From an uncultured Schlesneria sp. (GTDB taxonomy: Bacteria; Planctomycetota; Planctomycetia; Planctomycetales; Planctomycetaceae): a stretch of DNA of 64,000 bases. Positions 58,973 through 64,000 of the stretch are shown piece by piece. Location: NCBI GenBank assembly GCA_903840265.1, contig CAIMFH010000187.1:12554-76553 (forward strand), given 5' to 3'. Each line of letters starts with the position of its first letter. Position 1 is the stretch's first letter. Under the pieces are notes generated by a model. The model did not search any database, was not told the origin of the DNA, and saw only the letters and a program-made list of their open reading frames with translations. The translations under genes were made by a program, and so were the position numbers.

Positions 58973-61689
58973 CACGTGTTCAATGGACAAATGCCATCCT
59001 GTTTCTGACGGTGGTCGCCGGACTGCCGGTCGTCACACTCGCGGATGATGTCACGCGAATCGATGAGCGATTCGCTGTCGACACGATCACCGAAACACCC
59101 GACTTCCGGCAGCATGTCGTCCCGCTGCTAGGCAAAGTCGGCTGCAACGGCCGGGCCTGCCATGGCTCATTCCAGGGCCGCGGTGGCTTCCGCCTGTCCC
59201 TGTTTGGCTATGACTTCAAGTCCGATCACGAAGCGTTGACAGCGGGCGAGAAGCCACGAGTGAACCTCGCGAAGGTCACCGAAAGCCTGATGCTGCAGAA
59301 GCCGCTCCAGGTCATCCCGCACGAAGGGGGCACACGAATCAAGGAAAACACCTGGCAGCACAAAGTGCTGACTCGCTGGATCGAAGGAGGAGCCAAGCCG
59401 ATTGGCGCTCAGACTCCCGAGTTCGTGCGGCTGGATGTGACTCCTGATGAAATCATCGCCAAACAGAAGGGTGAAACGTTCGTCCTGAAAGTGGTCGCCG
59501 TCTGGTCGAATGGAACTCGCGAAGATGTCACTCCCCTCTGCCGCTTCCAGACGAACAATGACCAGATCGCATCTGTTGAAGATACGGGCATCGTCACATC
59601 AACAGGCCCCGGCGATTCCAATATTGTGGTGTTCTACGATAACGGTGTGGTTCCCGTGCCAGTGATCCTGCCGGTCAGCGAAAACTTTGGCGACAAGTAT
59701 CCTGCTGTCGCGACGCCAACGAAGGTCGATGAACTGGTCGTGCAAAAGCTGCGCAAACTCGGCGTCACCCAGTCCGATCTCTGCACCGACGCGGATTTCT
59801 TGCGTCGCGTCAGTCTCGACATGATCGGCACATTGCCAACGCCAGCCGAAGTAGAAGCCTTCCTCGCCGACACCTCAGCCGACAAACGTGCCAAGAAAAT
59901 CGATGAACTGCTGGAACGACCTGCCTACGCAGCCTGGTGGGCCACCAAGTTCGCCGACTGGACAGGGAACAATGCGGGCAAGCTGAATAACAACAAGTCA
60001 GGAGTCGAAGCTACGACGCTCTCTGGAGACTGGTACGAATGGCTGCGGACGCGAGTTGAAAAGAACGTTCCCTACGATCAGATCGCTGAAGGAATCATCC
60101 TGGCAGTCAGCCGACAAGACGGCGAATCGTATGAGCAATACTGCGAGCGGATGAGCAGCTACTACAAGAAAGACTCGACCGCGAGCTTCGCCGATCAGCC
60201 TTCACTGACGCATTACTGGATTCGTCGCGAATTCAACAAACCAGAAGAACGAGCGATGGGGTTTGCCTATACGTTCCTCGGCATTCGCATCCAATGTGCC
60301 CAGTGTCACAAGCATCCGTTCGATCAATGGACGAAAGACGATTTCGATCGCTTCAAAGAGTTCTTCTCGCGAGCTCAATACGGGGTCACTCCCAGCAATC
60401 GCAGCAGCGAACAAGAGATGCTGCAGCACGCTGGCATCGACGTGAAAAAGCTGAAGGGGAATGACCTGAGCAAGGTCATCCGCGAACACCTGACCAAGGG
60501 CGAAGTGATGCCCTTCAACGAACTGTTCGTTCCGACACCAAAGCGAAATCCGCAGGCTAAAGAAGCGAAGAACGACAAAGAGAAGAAGCGTCCTCAAGTT
60601 GTTGCAGGCCGAACCGCCAAGATTCTCGGTGGCGACGAAATCAAGATCGAAGAACTAGGCGATCCTCGCGAAGCCCTGATGGACTGGCTACGAGACGATA
60701 CGAATCCCTACTTTGCCAAGGCCATCGTCAACCGAATCTGGTCTGGATACTTCAACGTGGGGATCGTCGAACCGATCGATGACCTCAGCCTGGCCAATCC
60801 CCCCAGCAACGAAGCACTGCTGGACTACCTGGCAACCGAGTTCCGTAGCCACAACTACGACATGAAGTGGCTGCATCGTACGATTGCCAACAGTCGTACG
60901 TATCAACTGAGCTGGCACACCAACAGCACCAATGAATTCGACGAACGAAACTTTGCGAGAGCCGTCCCGCACCGACTACCCGCCGAAGTCGCCTTCGACG
61001 CCTTGCAACTGGCGACGATGAACGACGCCGACGCCGCAAGCTGGAAGACATCGCTATCGGGCCGCTCCATCGGTCATACGATTGTCGATTCTCGAGCCGG
61101 AGCCCGCGGCAAGCAGAGCTACGCCCTGGCGATCTTCGGTCGCTCCATCCGCGACTCGAATTGCGAATGCGATCGTTCTTCGGAAGCCAGCTTGTTGCAG
61201 ACGGTCTACCTCCAGAACGATAGCGAAGTCCTGGCAATGATCGGTGGGAAAGGACGCTGGGTCGAGCAGATCCTGAAAAACGGCCGATCGGTCCCGCCAG
61301 AACGAGCTCAGCAAGAACAGAAGACTCGCCAGGCCAAACGACTCGCTGAAGCCGACGTGGCGAAGCTGAAGCAACGACTGCAGAACGCCGAAAAACGCGA
61401 GAAGCCCGAGATGGTGAACGCGATCAAAGCGGAACTGGCAGAAAGAGAACGCACGCTCGCTACCGAGAATCAGAATGGCGCTGCTGCTGCACCAGTCCTG
61501 CCTCCTTCTGATTTCGATCTGCCCGCGATCATCAAGCAAGCTTATCTGAGAACACTCAGCCGCTACCCGACTGAGGTCGAATTGGCACGAGCTAACCGCT
61601 ACTACGAAGAGACCACCGATGCGGGTCGCGGCACACGCGACTTGCTGTGGGCTCTCGTCAACACCAAAGAATTTGTCGTCAATCACTAA
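58969..61689 (+). CDS. DUF1549/DUF1553 protein with Ig-like domain
   Basis: GTG start overlapping the previous stop, CNGRACHG, Ig-like insert, DADFLRRVSLDMIG, CAQCHKHPFD and NTKEFVVNH. Confidence 0.9.
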   Translation: MTRVQWTNAILFLTVVAGLPVVTLADDVTRIDERFAVDTITETPDFRQHVVPLLGKVGCNGRACHGSFQGRGGFRLSLFGYDFKSDHEALTAGEKPRVNLAKVTESLMLQKPLQVIPHEGGTRIKENTWQHKVLTRWIEGGAKPIGAQTPEFVRLDVTPDEIIAKQKGETFVLKVVAVWSNGTREDVTPLCRFQTNNDQIASVEDTGIVTSTGPGDSNIVVFYDNGVVPVPVILPVSENFGDKYPAVATPTKVDELVVQKLRKLGVTQSDLCTDADFLRRVSLDMIGTLPTPAEVEAFLADTSADKRAKKIDELLERPAYAAWWATKFADWTGNNAGKLNNNKSGVEATTLSGDWYEWLRTRVEKNVPYDQIAEGIILAVSRQDGESYEQYCERMSSYYKKDSTASFADQPSLTHYWIRREFNKPEERAMGFAYTFLGIRIQCAQCHKHPFDQWTKDDFDRFKEFFSRAQYGVTPSNRSSEQEMLQHAGIDVKKLKGNDLSKVIREHLTKGEVMPFNELFVPTPKRNPQAKEAKNDKEKKRPQVVAGRTAKILGGDEIKIEELGDPREALMDWLRDDTNPYFAKAIVNRIWSGYFNVGIVEPIDDLSLANPPSNEALLDYLATEFRSHNYDMKWLHRTIANSRTYQLSWHTNSTNEFDERNFARAVPHRLPAEVAFDALQLATMNDADAASWKTSLSGRSIGHTIVDSRAGARGKQSYALAIFGRSIRDSNCECDRSSEASLLQTVYLQNDSEVLAMIGGKGRWVEQILKNGRSVPPERAQQEQKTRQAKRLAEADVAKLKQRLQNAEKREKPEMVNAIKAELAERERTLATENQNGAAAAPVLPPSDFDLPAIIKQAYLRTLSRYPTEVELARANRYYEETTDAGRGTRDLLWALVNTKEFVVNH

Positions 61690-61738
61690 CTCAATCACGC
61701 TGTCCCGCTCAACACACGTTTCTTGCCAAGGATCAATC

Positions 61739-63037
61739 ATGGCTGTTCATCGCACATGTGACGGAATCCAACGACGCGACTTCTTACGAGTCGGGGCGCT
61801 CGGTGCATCCGCGCTGACCCTCTCGAACTACCTGCGGTTCGCCGCGGCCGATGAAGTCAAAAATGCGAAGGCTCAGGCGGCAATCTTCATCAACCTGGGT
61901 GGCGGTCCATCGCACATGGACACCTTCGATCTGAAGCCGAATGCCCCCAGCGAATTCCGCGGGGAATTCAATCCGATCCAGACGAATGTCTCCGGGATCG
62001 AGATCAGCGAACACCTGCCCAAGCTGGCCCAGCAGATGGACAAGTTCGCCATCCTGCGTGGGGTCTCCCACTCGCTGGCAGCCCATGAATTGGGATCGCT
62101 CTATGTCAACACGGGCAACCGCCCCATTCCCTCGATTGAATTCCCCAGCTACGGCTCGGTCGTGTCTAAGGAACTTGGTGGTCCTCCGGACTTGCCTCCT
62201 TACGTCGCCATGGGAACCGGCTATCAAAAGGCAGGTTATTTGGGCGTTCGATACGCGCCACTGACTGCTGCGACCGCTCCAAAGGCAGGTCAACCGTATA
62301 GTGTTCGCGGTGTGTCATTGCAGAACGGCCTGACGGTTTCCAATGTCGAAGAGCGTCAAAACCTCCTCCGCGACCTCGACTCCACGTTCAAGGGAGCGGA
62401 AAAGAACAGTCAGCTACTCGACGGCCTGGATCGATTCGGCCAGCAGGCGTTTTCGATGATCACGTCGACGCGATCACGCGAAGCGTTCGATATCAGCAAA
62501 GAAACGCCCTCGTTTTCCGAGCAATACGGGCAAACCAGCTTCGGGCTGAATTGCCTGGTCGCCACGCGACTGGTGGAATCCGGGGTCCGTTTCGTCACCT
62601 TGAACTATGGCGGATGGGACACTCACCAGGACAACTGGGTCCGCCTGAAGACGAAGCAGTTGCCTCCGTTCGACGAAGGCCTGGCAGCACTGTTGAACGG
62701 GCTCGCCCAGAAAGGACTTCTGGCCTCGACATGCGTTTACGTCACGGGCGAATTCGGTCGTACGCCGAAGATCAACACTCAGCGCAATGGACGCGACCAC
62801 TACGCTCGGGCGATGTTCATGCTGATGGCTGGCGGCGGAGTCAAGCCGGGCCAGGTGATCGGTGCCAGCGACGAAAAAGCCATGGGCCCCGTCGGAGACG
62901 GCTTTAAGCCCGATCGGGTCGCCGCATCCTTCTTCCACAACCTGGGGATCGATCCTCAAAAGGAATACCAAACTAACATCGGCCGCCCGGTGATGATCGT
63001 TCGCGACGGCGAAATCATTCCCGAGTTGTTCGCGTAA
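61739..63037 (+). CDS. DUF1501-domain protein with Tat-like signal
   Basis: CDGIQRRDFLRVG, GGPSHMDTFDLKP, RLVESGVRFV..GWDTH, GEFGRTP and GRDHY. Confidence 0.93.
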   Translation: MAVHRTCDGIQRRDFLRVGALGASALTLSNYLRFAAADEVKNAKAQAAIFINLGGGPSHMDTFDLKPNAPSEFRGEFNPIQTNVSGIEISEHLPKLAQQMDKFAILRGVSHSLAAHELGSLYVNTGNRPIPSIEFPSYGSVVSKELGGPPDLPPYVAMGTGYQKAGYLGVRYAPLTAATAPKAGQPYSVRGVSLQNGLTVSNVEERQNLLRDLDSTFKGAEKNSQLLDGLDRFGQQAFSMITSTRSREAFDISKETPSFSEQYGQTSFGLNCLVATRLVESGVRFVTLNYGGWDTHQDNWVRLKTKQLPPFDEGLAALLNGLAQKGLLASTCVYVTGEFGRTPKINTQRNGRDHYARAMFMLMAGGGVKPGQVIGASDEKAMGPVGDGFKPDRVAASFFHNLGIDPQKEYQTNIGRPVMIVRDGEIIPELFA

Positions 63038-63045
63038 TGGGCAAT

Positions 63046-63072
63046 GTAGCCAATCTCGCCAAGAGATTGGCT
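63046..63072 (+). repeat. REP-like palindrome, copy 2
   Basis: GTAGCCAATCTCGCCAAGAGATTGGCT. Same core as 32309-32333 on the opposite strand. Confidence 0.7.
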
Positions 63073-63130
63073 GTTTACGACTCGTTGCGACACTTCACCT
63101 TATCGGACAGAATTCAAAGGACTGACCCTA

Positions 63131-63619
63131 ATGCCAGCTATTGTCAAAGCATTGTGTCTCGGACTGATTGTGGCCCTCACAGCCTCAGCGAATGTTGCGC
63201 ACGCCGCGAAGGAAGCGAAAGGGAAGAAGGCGAATGGCCAGGCCAACGCTGTATTCGCGATCCCCAAGGAAATTACGCTCACCGCCGAGCAGCAAGCCAA
63301 AGTCGACGAGATCAAGAAAGAGCAGGGGCCAAAAGTCGCTGAACTGACCACGAAGCTGGATGCAGTGTTGACCGACGAACAGAAAGCCGCTCGAAAAGAA
63401 GCGAATGCCAAAGCCAAGGCGGACGGCAAAAAGGGAAAAGAAGCCAAAGCTGCCGTGGACGAAGCGATGAAGTTGACCGACGATCAGAAAAAGCAGCAAT
63501 CCGAAATGCAACCAGAACTCGCCAAGCTGCAGCTGTCGATCAAGGAACAGATTAACGGCCTGCTGACTGACGAACAGAAAACGCACTACAAAGTGCCGAA
63601 GGCGAAGAAGACCAAATAA
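63131..63619 (+). CDS. Secreted Lys/Ala-rich helical protein with LTxEQ repeats
   Basis: Signal peptide and LTAEQ, LTDEQ, LTDDQ, LTDEQ repeats (Spy-like). Confidence 0.75.
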   Translation: MPAIVKALCLGLIVALTASANVAHAAKEAKGKKANGQANAVFAIPKEITLTAEQQAKVDEIKKEQGPKVAELTTKLDAVLTDEQKAARKEANAKAKADGKKGKEAKAAVDEAMKLTDDQKKQQSEMQPELAKLQLSIKEQINGLLTDEQKTHYKVPKAKKTK

Positions 63620-63664
63620 GTCGACCGGGCGAGCTTCCCGTTCGAACTCTTCAGTTTGACATCA

Positions 63665-63696
63665 CGACGGCCTGGCATGTGAATGCCAGGCCGTTG
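63665..63696 (+). terminator. Hairpin, probable terminator
   Basis: ACGGCCTGGCAT-GTGA-ATGCCAGGCCGT. Confidence 0.6.
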
Positions 63697-63842
63697 CGCA
63701 TTTGTGGACCACGCAAATGGCATTCAAAACTCGAAACAGCTTTTCAAGAAGGAAACAACCTTCCAATCGCCGAGATGACGTGTTTCAATTGAGGGCTCCG
63801 AACACTCACCGCGGATTCACTTCATCAGAAACATCGCCACCG

Positions 63843-64000
63843 ATGCGCATGTGCTTTTTTCGCCAACTGCCGTTCATTGTCGCCACTTCTTCCGGAATCA
63901 TGCTTCTGCTAGCCGGTTGCAATAGGGACTCGTCGATCAACCGGACACTCGAACAAGCAACCAGACAATCTCAGCCAAACGAAACCCGTCATTATCTCGG
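63843..64000 (+). CDS. Partial lipoprotein (runs off the window)
   Basis: MRMCFFRQLPFIVATSSGIMLLLAGC with an LAGC lipobox. Open to the window end. Confidence 0.5.
   Translation, partial: MRMCFFRQLPFIVATSSGIMLLLAGCNRDSSINRTLEQATRQSQPNETRHYL

Overview
A 64-kb chromosomal window from a planctomycete. The assignment is inferred from gene content (three DUF1549/DUF1553 + DUF1501 pairs, a PVC-type heme/HEAT protein, a CsrA paralog); it is plausibly a Planctomycetaceae/Schlesneria-like organism. Housekeeping genes (glgC, metK, lepA, queG, pyrG, kdsB, mscL) alternate with lineage-specific secreted and membrane genes. I recognised no rRNA, tRNA, CRISPR array or intact transposase/integrase. The main candidate for an undescribed system is a translationally coupled tandem array of five paralogous two-TM membrane proteins (25085-27625). 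They have conserved N- and C-terminal modules around a hypervariable middle, a 24-nt identical 3' DNA block shared by two copies, a decayed extra start inside the array, and a frameshifted solo 3' module about 10 kb upstream. This pattern suggests a cassette-like diversifying family. Other leads: a sigma54-type promoter driving an unannotated 62-aa His-rich peptide (22218-22597); a boxA-containing structured non-coding segment (17796-18012); a frameshifted remnant resembling a MoxR-vWA ternary conflict-system gene (40098-40492); a degenerate orphan FlgG-like fusion; and a DRG-like GTPase with altered G3/G4 motifs. All family assignments come from motif recognition, not database searches.
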